IMG/VR virus record: IMGVR_UViG_3300014664_000015
Location: 11,996-75,995 of that record
Strand: one strand, 5' to 3'
DNA length: 64,000 nucleotides
Source of the DNA: a virus
Lineage: Duplodnaviria; Caudoviricetes
Shown: piece after piece, positions 45,123-54,109 of the stretch
Layout of the letters: every line of letters begins with the position of its first letter
Numbering within the stretch: the first letter of the stretch is position 1
Program-made: the position numbers and the translations under genes
The notes under the pieces: generated by a model
Told to the model about the DNA's origin: nothing
The model's input: the letters and a program-made list of their open reading frames with translations, nothing else
Databases searched by the model: none

Positions 45123-46655
45123 TTACACGCTCAAAAAGTTATAGATAAAATCGTTAACATCTCCCGGGTCCTCTACATCGTCACTGGACTGTGCCCCGAT
45201 GGACATTGCCAGTGCTACCATGCCGTCGATACGGCCACTCGACTTGCCTTTTACAAATTTGCGGTTACCGGCGGGGTCGGTGATTACCGTGGCGTTTTTG
45301 GCGCACATTTCGAGGATCGGATGGTTGCCGTGCTTCAGCTGCGCACCGAGCAATCTGGCCTCAAGCTCCCTGAGTGCGGGAGACATAGAAACAAAGCCCT
45401 GGCCAAATTCCACAAACCGCTCAAGCTCCGCTTCAGTGAATCCGGCGTCGATGAGATGAGGGCGAAGGAAGCGCATGTTATAGCGGTCGAACGCCAGCAC
45501 CCTGACGTTACAGATATCAAAAACGCGCCGCAGCTCCCTGGCGATAAAGGCATACTCAATGGCTTTTCCCGGTGTCGTGTTCAGCCAGCCCTGCCTCGCC
45601 CAGATGTCATAAGGCACGCGATCGTTACGCGCTTTGTCTGCCAGCCCTTCCTCAGGTAGCCAGAACTTACAGTGCACATCGCCATGGGTTGTGTTGAGAA
45701 TAAGCGCGGTGAGGTCCGACACGCTGGAAAGGTCCAGGCCGCCCCAGACGGTAGCGCCCGCCAGTTCGCCGGGTTCCTCTTTATTCATGTGCCAGACGGT
45801 CTGACTCACGAACGGGCTTTTCGCCTCAACCCTGCGGTTTAGTACAAGGTTCTCAAACTCTGCCTGGCGCGACGGCAGGCGTTTTGCGCTGGCGGCCATA
45901 TCCAGCACTTCTTTCTGGTTCATGAATACATCGAAGGCGGGGTTTGCCAGCCTGATGGCTTCAACAGAGAAAGGATCGATATCTTCCGGCGCGGTCTGGA
46001 GCCTGACCACCGTTCGCGGATCGGCCCCGGTCAGGCCATCATCAATCAGCAGGCTGAGCAGGTCGCTCGCATCGGGTGCCTGGGTGCTGATGATTACCGA
46101 GATAGGGTTATCCTGAGCAGCGGTCGCCGTTTCCAGCGCTTCATAAAGAGGGTCACGCGGCCCACGAACCTGCCCCAGCTCATCGTGGGCGACAAATCGC
46201 GGCGAGAAACCGTAGGCCGTGGTGGCTTCTGCGCTCAGTGCGCGATAATAAGAACCCAGTTCAGGGCAGTGAATTTCTTTTGCTGAATCCTTGATCGCAA
46301 CATACTGCATAAGCACCGGATTCATCCGGCACATCTTGGAGGCCAGGTTAAACAGAATGGCCGCCTGGTCACGCGAACGTGCGGCAGAATACAGCTGCGA
46401 GTTCGGCGCCGCTTCTGGCCCCACCAGATAGAGCAGCATCAGCATGGCGGTTTCAACGGTCTTGGCGTTCTTGCGCCCGCGGCTGATGATGGCGCGGCGA
46501 GTGCCATGCTTGTTGTCAAAGATAGCCCTGAAGTCGTCTTTCATGAACTCAGCCATTTTCAGGGGCTGGCCAACAAACTTACCTTCAGGGATAACGATAT
46601 TTCTTTCGCACCAGAGGATATTCCTCTCGGCTCTTGTCAGAGTTTTTTTAGCCAT
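45123..46655 (-). CDS. Terminase large subunit
   Basis: GRKNAKT Walker A-like, DELG Walker B, GLDLS, RIDGMVA. Confidence 0.95.
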   Translation of the reverse strand: MAKKTLTRAERNILWCERNIVIPEGKFVGQPLKMAEFMKDDFRAIFDNKHGTRRAIISRGRKNAKTVETAMLMLLYLVGPEAAPNSQLYSAARSRDQAAILFNLASKMCRMNPVLMQYVAIKDSAKEIHCPELGSYYRALSAEATTAYGFSPRFVAHDELGQVRGPRDPLYEALETATAAQDNPISVIISTQAPDASDLLSLLIDDGLTGADPRTVVRLQTAPEDIDPFSVEAIRLANPAFDVFMNQKEVLDMAASAKRLPSRQAEFENLVLNRRVEAKSPFVSQTVWHMNKEEPGELAGATVWGGLDLSSVSDLTALILNTTHGDVHCKFWLPEEGLADKARNDRVPYDIWARQGWLNTTPGKAIEYAFIARELRRVFDICNVRVLAFDRYNMRFLRPHLIDAGFTEAELERFVEFGQGFVSMSPALRELEARLLGAQLKHGNHPILEMCAKNATVITDPAGNRKFVKGKSSGRIDGMVALAMSIGAQSSDDVEDPGDVNDFIYNFLSV

Positions 46656-46664
46656 CGAAGAGCC

Positions 46665-47099
46665 TTATTCAATTTCCCAGGGTTTTCTCTCCCGTGGCAG
46701 ATTGTTGTTGGCACGACCTACCGTTTTGGGATCGGCAGTCGCCTGCCGGGTGATCCGCAGCCGCGTCGCCAGTGAGGACGCAGAGCGCACTTCACGCTCG
46801 CGCATCGTGAGCAGTTTGTCGTAACGCTTCAGCCCATCTTCTCGGGACAACCACTCCAGTTCGAATTCTTCAATCTGGGTGGTGAGCAACCGAGCCTGCA
46901 CAACATGGCGGCAGTACATTTCCAGCATGTCGCGGTGCGTTTCGGTAAATGAGCTGGCGGGGTTGTCATTGACCAACCGGACCCAGACGTTTATTTCCGG
47001 ATCGCTCAGATGAATGGACGGCTGTAGCCTGCTTTCAGCCAGTGCCGGCAGCGAGACAGCAGACGTCGCAGCCAGAGACTTTCTGCCTCGCTGTGCCAT
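46665..47099 (-). CDS. Terminase small subunit (P27-like)
   Basis: MAQRGRKS...LRITRQ; position. Confidence 0.85.
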   Translation of the reverse strand: MAQRGRKSLAATSAVSLPALAESRLQPSIHLSDPEINVWVRLVNDNPASSFTETHRDMLEMYCRHVVQARLLTTQIEEFELEWLSREDGLKRYDKLLTMREREVRSASSLATRLRITRQATADPKTVGRANNNLPRERKPWEIE

Positions 47100-47220
47100 C
47101 GCTTTTTTCCTTTTTTTCTGGACGTTTTTAAAATGAAATGGGGGAGCGCGGTCTTTAAGATTTTGCCGCCAGAGTTTTACCCCTCCCCCCAGCCCTCAGG
47201 TATGCAAATGAGAATTAATA

Positions 47221-47430
47221 TCATTTCTCGATGATTCGCAGGTTTTCGCGGGACATGCCGGGCGGCACCAGTGAGTCGCCGACACCGATCGGGATCGACA
47301 GGCTGACGGTAGGTAGCGTCTCGCCAACTTCGTGGGTGAAGCTGATAGCGGTGACACCATTGAACTTCACACCATCAATGCTCAACTCAGTCAGCCTGCC
47401 ATCACGATATTCAATCTTCAGGTCCTGCAT
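47221..47430 (-). CDS. 69-aa hypothetical protein
   Basis: Between HNH gene and putative cos region. Confidence 0.7.
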   Translation of the reverse strand: MQDLKIEYRDGRLTELSIDGVKFNGVTAISFTHEVGETLPTVSLSIPIGVGDSLVPPGMSRENLRIIEK

Positions 47431-47442
47431 TGCATGCTCCTG

Positions 47443-47733
47443 TTACCAGATAACCCGACCCTCTTCATCGAACTCGGTCACCGTTCCGCCGTTCTCCATG
47501 CGTTGCTTCACGGAGTCGTGGCAGCGTTTGCATAAACTTTGTAAATTTTCTGGATCGTGAAAGAGAGTTTCATCGCCTTTATGCGGCTTAACGTGGTCCA
47601 CTACAGCCGCCGAAACGATCTGATTACGCTTGAGGTGAAACTCGCACAACGGCTGCTGTTGCAGCTGGTGATGGCGCAGGCGGTACCATCGCTTCGTGTT
47701 GTAGAGGTTATGCCAGGGGGAGTTTGATGCCAT
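47443..47733 (-). CDS. Terminase-associated HNH endonuclease
   Basis: PLCEFH...VDHVKPH...NLQSLCKRCHD. Confidence 0.92.
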   Translation of the reverse strand: MASNSPWHNLYNTKRWYRLRHHQLQQQPLCEFHLKRNQIVSAAVVDHVKPHKGDETLFHDPENLQSLCKRCHDSVKQRMENGGTVTEFDEEGRVIW

Positions 47734-47744
47734 ACACTGAATCC

Positions 47745-48581
47745 TCAGGGACGATACAGCAGACCACCTGGCTTCAGCGCGTTGCGGATAGCATCGCTTG
47801 CGGCTTGTTCAATAGCCTGCTGCGTGGTGACAAGTGCCGAAGCCTGAGCATCCTGTGACGCCTGCAGCGCCTTGAACACATCGCTTTCGCGTATGGCATC
47901 AATGACAGCTTCGCGCATATCGTCAGAGAGGCGGGTCTTTACTTCAGCGGCATGGAGTGCGCTTTTGATTGTGCTCAGTGCCGCGCCAATAACTGCAAAC
48001 CGATCCGCTTTAAACTCAACCTGCTGTTGACCATCTTCAACAGCAACACCCATTCCAGCTACGTGAACGACGCCAGCGTCATCAGTGTGGCCTTTTATAC
48101 TCCAGGCGGCTTTTGCTGATTCATCGGAATCCGGACCGCTCATTAATCTAGGGTCAGACTCACCCAGGTAGTTGTGAATAAAGTTAGCGGTATTGATAGT
48201 TACTGTACCCAGCTGGCCGTAATTGTAGGTTTCGTCCAGAAGGTCTCTGAAGGCAGAGGTGTCAGGTAAACTTTTCAAGATTTCGTCCACCAGCTTTTGT
48301 TCTGCTGGAGGGTTAATTCGCCCCACGCGCATTCTGACCGAACCGTCCTCACCATAGGCTGTTAGCTCACCGCCGGACATTTCCACACGTCCGCGTGTTT
48401 TGGTGCGCATATCCTTCACGCGCAGCTGGCCGGGAAAATATTCAGGGTAACCACTCACTTTTGTACGGCGGCCTTTGAGGTCGTACTCAGCAGAGCCAGC
48501 GGGGCTTTTGATGATCATGCCATGGTCGGTCTGAACGATACGTAGGCCAAGCATCGCCTGCTGTAGCGATAAGTGTTTCAT
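47745..48581 (-). CDS. Mosaic protein containing DUF1983/J-like segments
   Basis: WSIKG...AGMGVAVE...FKADRFAV matches the J C-terminal region in this window. Confidence 0.75.
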   Translation of the reverse strand: MKHLSLQQAMLGLRIVQTDHGMIIKSPAGSAEYDLKGRRTKVSGYPEYFPGQLRVKDMRTKTRGRVEMSGGELTAYGEDGSVRMRVGRINPPAEQKLVDEILKSLPDTSAFRDLLDETYNYGQLGTVTINTANFIHNYLGESDPRLMSGPDSDESAKAAWSIKGHTDDAGVVHVAGMGVAVEDGQQQVEFKADRFAVIGAALSTIKSALHAAEVKTRLSDDMREAVIDAIRESDVFKALQASQDAQASALVTTQQAIEQAASDAIRNALKPGGLLYRP

Positions 48582-48693
48582 TCGGGTTTCCTTTTAGATG
48601 TGAGCCTGTCGCACGGCAATGCCGCCGAAAGTTAACGGTCTGCCCAGGCTCGCAGCTGAAAGACTTTCTTTGATGTGCGCGTGCGATGCGCAT

Positions 48694-48717
48694 AAAAAAG
48701 CCCCGCTATTGCGAGGC
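48694..48717 (-). terminator. Terminator after spanins
   Basis: AGCCTCGC/GCGGGGCT plus T6. Confidence 0.75.
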
Positions 48718-48933
48718 TCTGGTTTGTTTCTGGCAGTTCGCCTGCCACGCTTTGTTATGCGCCAGGATGTCTTTCTTCGTCTGGCGGTCCATAACGTCGA
48801 TATCGTGTTCAGTCAGGTAGATCGGCTTTACCCAGTCACAGGCGGTATCAACCACCACCGGGACGCTTCCACGTGTCACGCAGCTCGCGATCAACATCGT
48901 TATCAGGCAAGTGGTTAACAGTCTGCTGTACAT
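48706..48933 (-). CDS. Outer-membrane spanin lipoprotein
   Basis: LIASC lipobox; homolog of 9400-9657. Confidence 0.85.
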   Translation of the reverse strand: MYSRLLTTCLITMLIASCVTRGSVPVVVDTACDWVKPIYLTEHDIDVMDRQTKKDILAHNKAWQANCQKQTRASQ

Positions 48934-49123
48934 TGCTGGCCTCTTTCGTTGCTTCTACCCGGCGTTCGGCTACTGCTTCAGTCGCTGCGGCCTTTTCTTC
49001 GGTTCGCTGCTGGTCAGCTTTCGCTTCAGCTTTGCTGGTGCCGCGGATATGACCCAGGCCAAAAGCGCCAGCGATAGCGGAAATAACCAGTGCGGCCAGC
49101 CCGATTATCGTTTCGATCCCCAC
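48848..49123 (-). CDS. Inner-membrane spanin
   Basis: Homolog of 9578-9847. Confidence 0.8.
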   Translation of the reverse strand: MGIETIIGLAALVISAIAGAFGLGHIRGTSKAEAKADQQRTEEKAAATEAVAERRVEATKEASNVQQTVNHLPDNDVDRELRDTWKRPGGG

Positions 49124-49130
49124 ATTCACC

Positions 49131-49760
49131 TCACACCAGAATTGATTTCGCCAGGTTAAACAGCGCGCGACGTTTATCCAGCCCGTTACGGCCGCCATTG
49201 ATAAGCAGCGTGACGCGCTCCACATCGCCTGAATGGAGCAGGCATCCGTGCGAGACGTAGAACCATGCGGCTGAGCGCGCGGCGAATTCATCCTTTTCAA
49301 GCAGCTCCGGATGAGTAACAAGGTCCAGTTTCAACGCCTGGCCACAACTGCGATAGTTGCTCAGGCCGGTAACCTGTTTCAGCCCACGACCGCGATATTT
49401 CCAGCCATCTCCGGCAACCTGGTTGCCCAGGTGTTCTTTTCCCCACTCCCCACCGTATACCAGATTGGCTATCGCTTTCTGGTTTGCCGGTTGCGTTGCA
49501 GTTCTGCCAAGTGCGGCGGCCTGCTGTTGCGTGATGCGGTGGCTGCCGAACGTAGGTACCAGGTTTTCAGCCGCGTAATTCAGATTTTCCACAACACGGG
49601 TAAACCTGGTGCTTTCATGTCCCATCTGGGCAATAAACATGGCCTGGTCAAGCGGTGCAGTGATGCCGTATTCCTTCATGGCGGCGTCGATATGTGGAAA
49701 CCAGCGCGCAGCTAACCCGGCGCTTATACCAGCCGCCTTCTGAAATTGTGATTGGTTCAC
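49131..49760 (-). CDS. Endolysin, GH19
   Basis: Same length and close homolog of 9855-10484; GTG start. Confidence 0.95.
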   Translation of the reverse strand: MNQSQFQKAAGISAGLAARWFPHIDAAMKEYGITAPLDQAMFIAQMGHESTRFTRVVENLNYAAENLVPTFGSHRITQQQAAALGRTATQPANQKAIANLVYGGEWGKEHLGNQVAGDGWKYRGRGLKQVTGLSNYRSCGQALKLDLVTHPELLEKDEFAARSAAWFYVSHGCLLHSGDVERVTLLINGGRNGLDKRRALFNLAKSILV

Positions 49761-50038
49761 GTTGTGCTTTCCCCTGCGATTCTTGCGATGTTGCCACGAG
49801 CACGCCATACGGCTATGCAGACAATGAGATTGACGACCAACTCTCCGTAATCAACTTGCACGTAATCACCATGCCAGATGCGGAAAGCGGTAAACGCCGG
49901 TGCGAGGATCAGCCCATAAGCCAGAAACTCCATCAGACGGCGTCGGCGTCGGCTCCGTTTTCTGAAGAACATCAGGCGTATGGTTATCAGGATGCATGCA
50001 ATAGCATTAATATTCAGAATCAGTGTTTGCCACGTCAT
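49757..50038 (-). CDS. Holin-family membrane protein
   Basis: TM segments, before endolysin. Confidence 0.78.
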   Translation of the reverse strand: MTWQTLILNINAIACILITIRLMFFRKRSRRRRRLMEFLAYGLILAPAFTAFRIWHGDYVQVDYGELVVNLIVCIAVWRARGNIARIAGESTT

Positions 50039-50439
50039 TCTTCCCCCTTCAATCCGGGTAAGTCTCCTGTCTTCGAGCGCTTGAGAACGCGAAGAAGGAC
50101 GGTGACAGAAACCGTGGAGGCCGCCAGCGCGCCTATGGCTGGGGATACCTTCACAGCAACTGGCGGAGAAAGGTGACTTAATGCCGCATTGATAAGCGCT
50201 GCGATGATTTCGGATGCTGTTCCAGCGCAGTAAACCCCACCGATAAATGAGATAAGCGCAAACAGTATTTGCTTCCAGAGCTTATGATCTTCGCTGTTCA
50301 AGACGTAAAGAGCTGCTCCGGCAAGAGAGCAAAGCATTACAGCGGGTGTGGCTTCTGGAAACATCGTGGCGAAGGTGATTCCGGTAGTTCCGGCAGCAAC
50401 ACCGGCAGTTGCCGTAGCAGATATCGGTTCTGCGGACAT
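50035..50439 (-). CDS. Putative holin/antiholin
   Basis: TM segments, first lysis gene. Confidence 0.78.
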   Translation of the reverse strand: MSAEPISATATAGVAAGTTGITFATMFPEATPAVMLCSLAGAALYVLNSEDHKLWKQILFALISFIGGVYCAGTASEIIAALINAALSHLSPPVAVKVSPAIGALAASTVSVTVLLRVLKRSKTGDLPGLKGEE

Positions 50440-50537
50440 TTAGCCCCCTCTTATTGCCGTGGGTCCTCTCAGTAATGAGGGGAAATAAAAAAGGCCTCTA
50501 ATGAAGAGGCCTTATTCTTTAGATAGGTAATTGTTTT

Positions 50538-50870
50538 TTATCTGACATTCCAAACAGTTTCATCCAACTCGATGATGATATTTCCATCTTCGATTTCGAA
50601 CTCCATAGTCCCGTTAACAGAACTTGTGTCGTTCATGTCTGCGCATCCCGCGTAGAAATTTATCTCGGCTGTGTATTCGAAAAATCCTTCGGCTATCGCC
50701 GTGATTTCAAAAGAACCATCAACGACCGAGTATCTCGCATCTCCACCAAAATCAGTAAGAAGATACTCTTCGAACATATACGAATTAGATTCGATAATAT
50801 CTTTTAAGGCATTCAAATCTGTGGGGTTTGTGCCATCAAGAGGTATTTTATGGTTTTTAATCTGCTGCAT
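50538..50870 (-). CDS. Highly acidic 110-aa moron protein
   Basis: 22 D/E versus 5 K/R; own promoter-like hexamers and terminator. Confidence 0.85.
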   Translation of the reverse strand: MQQIKNHKIPLDGTNPTDLNALKDIIESNSYMFEEYLLTDFGGDARYSVVDGSFEITAIAEGFFEYTAEINFYAGCADMNDTSSVNGTMEFEIEDGNIIIELDETVWNVR

Positions 50871-50950
50871 GTATCCACCTGTTCGTTGATAAGTGGATTC
50901 AGCATATTTCCAAAACGATTATGTCAAAAATGTTTTTTTAATCAGAAATG

Positions 50951-51051
50951 AAAAAACCCGCTAATCGCGGGTTTCTTAGTGTTTTGCTGCTCAGTTCGCT
51001 TTAACGTCCCGAGCCTACCACAATTTAAGCACTTTCCTGCTCACTCTGCAA
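50951..51051 (-). promoter_or_regulatory. pR' and tR' of prophage 2
   Basis: TTGCAG...TAAATT at end of Q; AAACCCGC/GCGGGTTTTTTT terminator at ~50951-50974. Confidence 0.6.
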
Positions 51052-51615
51052 CTTAAATCTGTCGCGATTTGTGTCGAACGCCTCACAAAGTGGTGCGTAA
51101 AGGATCGATTCTGCAAGACTGACCCATGTATCAATGCGACGACGGCATGTAATAAGGGTCCAGCCGGGGTGTTTTGAATTAAGTTCTTTAGCCATCTGGA
51201 GTTTGCTTTTACGCAGACGATGACGATCAACAATCACACTATACAGCCCACGGTATTCTTCGTTCATCAGCACTGCCGCAATAACGCCGTCAATCTTAAG
51301 CCCCTCTTCGTCCGAGCAGAACGCCAGGCAAGTTTTGTTTTTACTGTCGAGAATTTCTCGCAGGTACGCTTCCAGCTCGGGTTTGGTGATGCCGGATTTC
51401 TTCATGCGGCGCAGCGCATCGTTGATGGCGGATTTGGTTATTTTCCCGGATGCCAGCAGCTGGTTGAACATGTTTCCGCCCGAGCCACCACCGATATAAG
51501 ACCAGCGGCCCCACATGCGGAGCTTTCCCTGTACCCAGATACTTTCGAGAGTGCGAAGGCGAACCAACTCGCCGGATTTGCCAACTTCTGAAGGATTGAT
51601 CATTTGCGTCTCCAC
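51025..51615 (-). CDS. DUF1133-family antiterminator Q
   Basis: LRTLESIWVQGKLRMWGRWSYIGGG. Confidence 0.85.
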   Translation of the reverse strand: METQMINPSEVGKSGELVRLRTLESIWVQGKLRMWGRWSYIGGGSGGNMFNQLLASGKITKSAINDALRRMKKSGITKPELEAYLREILDSKNKTCLAFCSDEEGLKIDGVIAAVLMNEEYRGLYSVIVDRHRLRKSKLQMAKELNSKHPGWTLITCRRRIDTWVSLAESILYAPLCEAFDTNRDRFKLQSEQESA

Positions 51616-52605
51616 TTACGCCAGTACGCCGATTGCCAGCGAACGATCTAAAAACCGAAACAGCAGCGTTAACTGGTCGCCGCGCTTCGCTTCAAATGCC
51701 ACAGGATCAGCGTGCAACTCATCGTGATGCGCTCTGCACAGCGGTATCACAAACAGGTCGTGCGCTTTTGTTCCCATTCCACCCTGCCCGTGGCCTATCA
51801 GGTGGTGGGGGTCGTCTGCCTGCTTGTTACAGCAGACGCAAAGCTGGGACTTTACCCAGCGTGTCCAGTTCTCATTAACCCAGCGGCGGCGCTTTGGCCT
51901 AAGCATGAAAGATTCCGGTGACTCAGGGTCTACCTTAACGGAGACAACCTTCTTCACCTTCTCCTGGAGGATTTCAGTCGCCGGTAACGACGGAACAATG
52001 TCGCTTTCCCTCATTACGGAACTGTGCGACTCAGGCTTAATCCTGAGGGCTTTGCTCGCCACTGGTTCAGGAATAAGGTCAGCCAGATCGTTGCGTACCA
52101 TCCACCAGCAGAATTCCGGAAGCGTCAGGGTGTGGTCTTCGCTGAATCCCAGCATAATATTCACCCTTCCGAGTAACCATTTTACCAGGTTCTGCATGGC
52201 AATTCCTGCGAGTCTTTCAGTAGTTTGTTCACGCAGTTGGTTATCGCATCCCCAACAAAGGCGAATGCTCCCGGGTGCGTGACGCATCACCGTAAAGTCC
52301 TTTGAGTGCCAGTCATTGTGGGGCCACTGACATTCGAATTTACGCTCAAGCCAGGCATCAAGACTGCTAAGACCGCCAGCACGCTGAATAACCCTCTCGT
52401 TCAGGAAAAGCTCCTGCATACTGACATCATCTGTCAGTGGCTGGTGCGCTTCAGGAATCAGGCCAGATGGAAGGTGCTGGATTGCTTCGGAAGGTGTTTC
52501 AATCACCACCCGGCCACGACGAAACAACCACAGCAATTCGTTACCTGGGCGGAACAGTACCACCCCGGACATTGGTGCAACTTCAGGTGTCAGTAATGCT
52601 CTCAC
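51616..52605 (-). CDS. DUF968 protein (HNH-like C-terminus)
   Basis: MRALLTPE; CVCC...DDPHH...PLCRAHH. Confidence 0.9.
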   Translation of the reverse strand: MRALLTPEVAPMSGVVLFRPGNELLWLFRRGRVVIETPSEAIQHLPSGLIPEAHQPLTDDVSMQELFLNERVIQRAGGLSSLDAWLERKFECQWPHNDWHSKDFTVMRHAPGSIRLCWGCDNQLREQTTERLAGIAMQNLVKWLLGRVNIMLGFSEDHTLTLPEFCWWMVRNDLADLIPEPVASKALRIKPESHSSVMRESDIVPSLPATEILQEKVKKVVSVKVDPESPESFMLRPKRRRWVNENWTRWVKSQLCVCCNKQADDPHHLIGHGQGGMGTKAHDLFVIPLCRAHHDELHADPVAFEAKRGDQLTLLFRFLDRSLAIGVLA

Positions 52606-52612
52606 TGTTACC

Positions 52613-53407
52613 TCAGGCTACGATGTCGATTATTTTAAGAAGCTCCGCAAACTTCGACTCAAAGAAATGAGGCTGAGTTTCTCGCGGGTTCGCAGGACTG
52701 GTGATGTTCTTGCCATACATGCAGCCTTTGGCAGTAAGTGACCAGAACTTTTTAACACCATTCACTCCAGACCGACTGTTTCGCTCTTTTTGTTCCACAA
52801 TCCCAAAGCGGGACATCATGTGATAAACCTGATTGGCGGTGATGCGGATGTTTTTTGCTTTAAGCAGAGCGCTGAGTGATTGTGTGGGACGGCTGGACCC
52901 ATCCTGCGCACCGGCAGGTGCATCGATCGCGTAATGCGGCATCAGATCTGGAAGACCAGCTACCTGCTGGAGTTTTTGATAAGCACCGAGCCTTGAAGAG
53001 TTTGAGAGGTTCAGCATTTTCGCCGCCGATTCAAGCAGGATCACGCCAGCCTGAATTTTGTCGGATGTCGGCGCATTGGATGCAGGGTTCTGTACGGCAT
53101 CGAACGTTCTGATGACTTTGAGGTTAAATTTCGGGCTGATCCACATTGCATAGGAATAAACCAACTCCTTGCAGACGAATGTCCCCTGGTTAACACCACC
53201 AGTAAGGGTGACCAACGGGGCCGCTCCTGTAATTCCAGGAGCGCTCGAAATTTCAGCGATGAGTTCTTGCGTTTGGGTAAGACAGGACCAGTTGGAAGGC
53301 TGGTGACGTTTTTCACCTCCCGCCGCACGATGCAAATCATTCAGGCAGTAACGACCATCAAAATCACGGCGTACGGAAACGCCATCAATTACGAATAACT
53401 GATTCAT
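52613..53407 (-). CDS. KilA-N domain DNA-binding/antirepressor-like protein
   Basis: GRYCLNDLHRAAG...GTFVCKELVYSYAMWISPKF. Confidence 0.88.
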   Translation of the reverse strand: MNQLFVIDGVSVRRDFDGRYCLNDLHRAAGGEKRHQPSNWSCLTQTQELIAEISSAPGITGAAPLVTLTGGVNQGTFVCKELVYSYAMWISPKFNLKVIRTFDAVQNPASNAPTSDKIQAGVILLESAAKMLNLSNSSRLGAYQKLQQVAGLPDLMPHYAIDAPAGAQDGSSRPTQSLSALLKAKNIRITANQVYHMMSRFGIVEQKERNSRSGVNGVKKFWSLTAKGCMYGKNITSPANPRETQPHFFESKFAELLKIIDIVA

Positions 53408-53477
53408 ATGTTTCTCCACTTGTTGTAGTGCGAGCGGGTCTGCACTCCCGCTTCGCTGACACTTTTTAATCTAACAC

Positions 53478-53885
53478 TCATGCGCGTACCAATGCATTGC
53501 TATTTTGCCTACCATTTTCGACATAGCTGGCGATCGTTATTTCAACCTTCCCGCCAGGTACCTGCGGTGCCCACTCCACCAGCATTCGTTTAACCTGACT
53601 GTCATCCTCCCAGATGCCTGCATGTGTCAGTGCATCAAAAAGCGCCTTGTTGTAATTGTCGATATCGCGGCGGCGGGCATCTGGTGGATAGAGAATGATC
53701 TCAACCGCCGCTGGTGATGATGATGGTTTTGGTAAGCAACGCAGTTGCTCAATGATCGCTGCACATGCCGCGCTCTGGTATGCCCTGCCCTTCTCGCTGA
53801 TAAGATGGCGGTCTTTTAACGGCCCTTTGTTTGGGGCTCGCCAGTATGTGTTTACGCTCGGTGGGAACGGGAGTATCAGTTTCAT
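53478..53885 (-). CDS. rusA: RusA Holliday junction resolvase
   Basis: PFPPSVNTYWR; RRRDIDNYNKALFDAL...DDSQV. Confidence 0.92.
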   Translation of the reverse strand: MKLILPFPPSVNTYWRAPNKGPLKDRHLISEKGRAYQSAACAAIIEQLRCLPKPSSSPAAVEIILYPPDARRRDIDNYNKALFDALTHAGIWEDDSQVKRMLVEWAPQVPGGKVEITIASYVENGRQNSNALVRA

Positions 53886-54109
53886 GAATCAACTCCATAG
53901 CGCCCGTTCAGGCGTCCGATTACGCTGTTGAACATCACCAGGCTTACGCCCATCGGTTTAACCTTCTCGTGGTACTCCTTCAGGATCGGAGGCACTACGA
54001 CATTCCAGCTTGGCTTTGGCTTCTGCTTTAGGGCTTTTTTGATGGCATCGTTGCATTGACGGGCTACATCACGCACAGCGTTCTCATGCTCGGTAGATAG
54101 CTTTTTCAT
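53882..54109 (-). CDS. 75-aa hypothetical protein
   Basis: Coupled ORF. Confidence 0.7.
   Translation of the reverse strand: MKKLSTEHENAVRDVARQCNDAIKKALKQKPKPSWNVVVPPILKEYHEKVKPMGVSLVMFNSVIGRLNGRYGVDS

Noticed and set aside
47160-47175. cos site of prophage 2 (CTGGCGGCAA region)
   Set aside because: Position upstream of terS fits, but I cannot define the cut from sequence alone.
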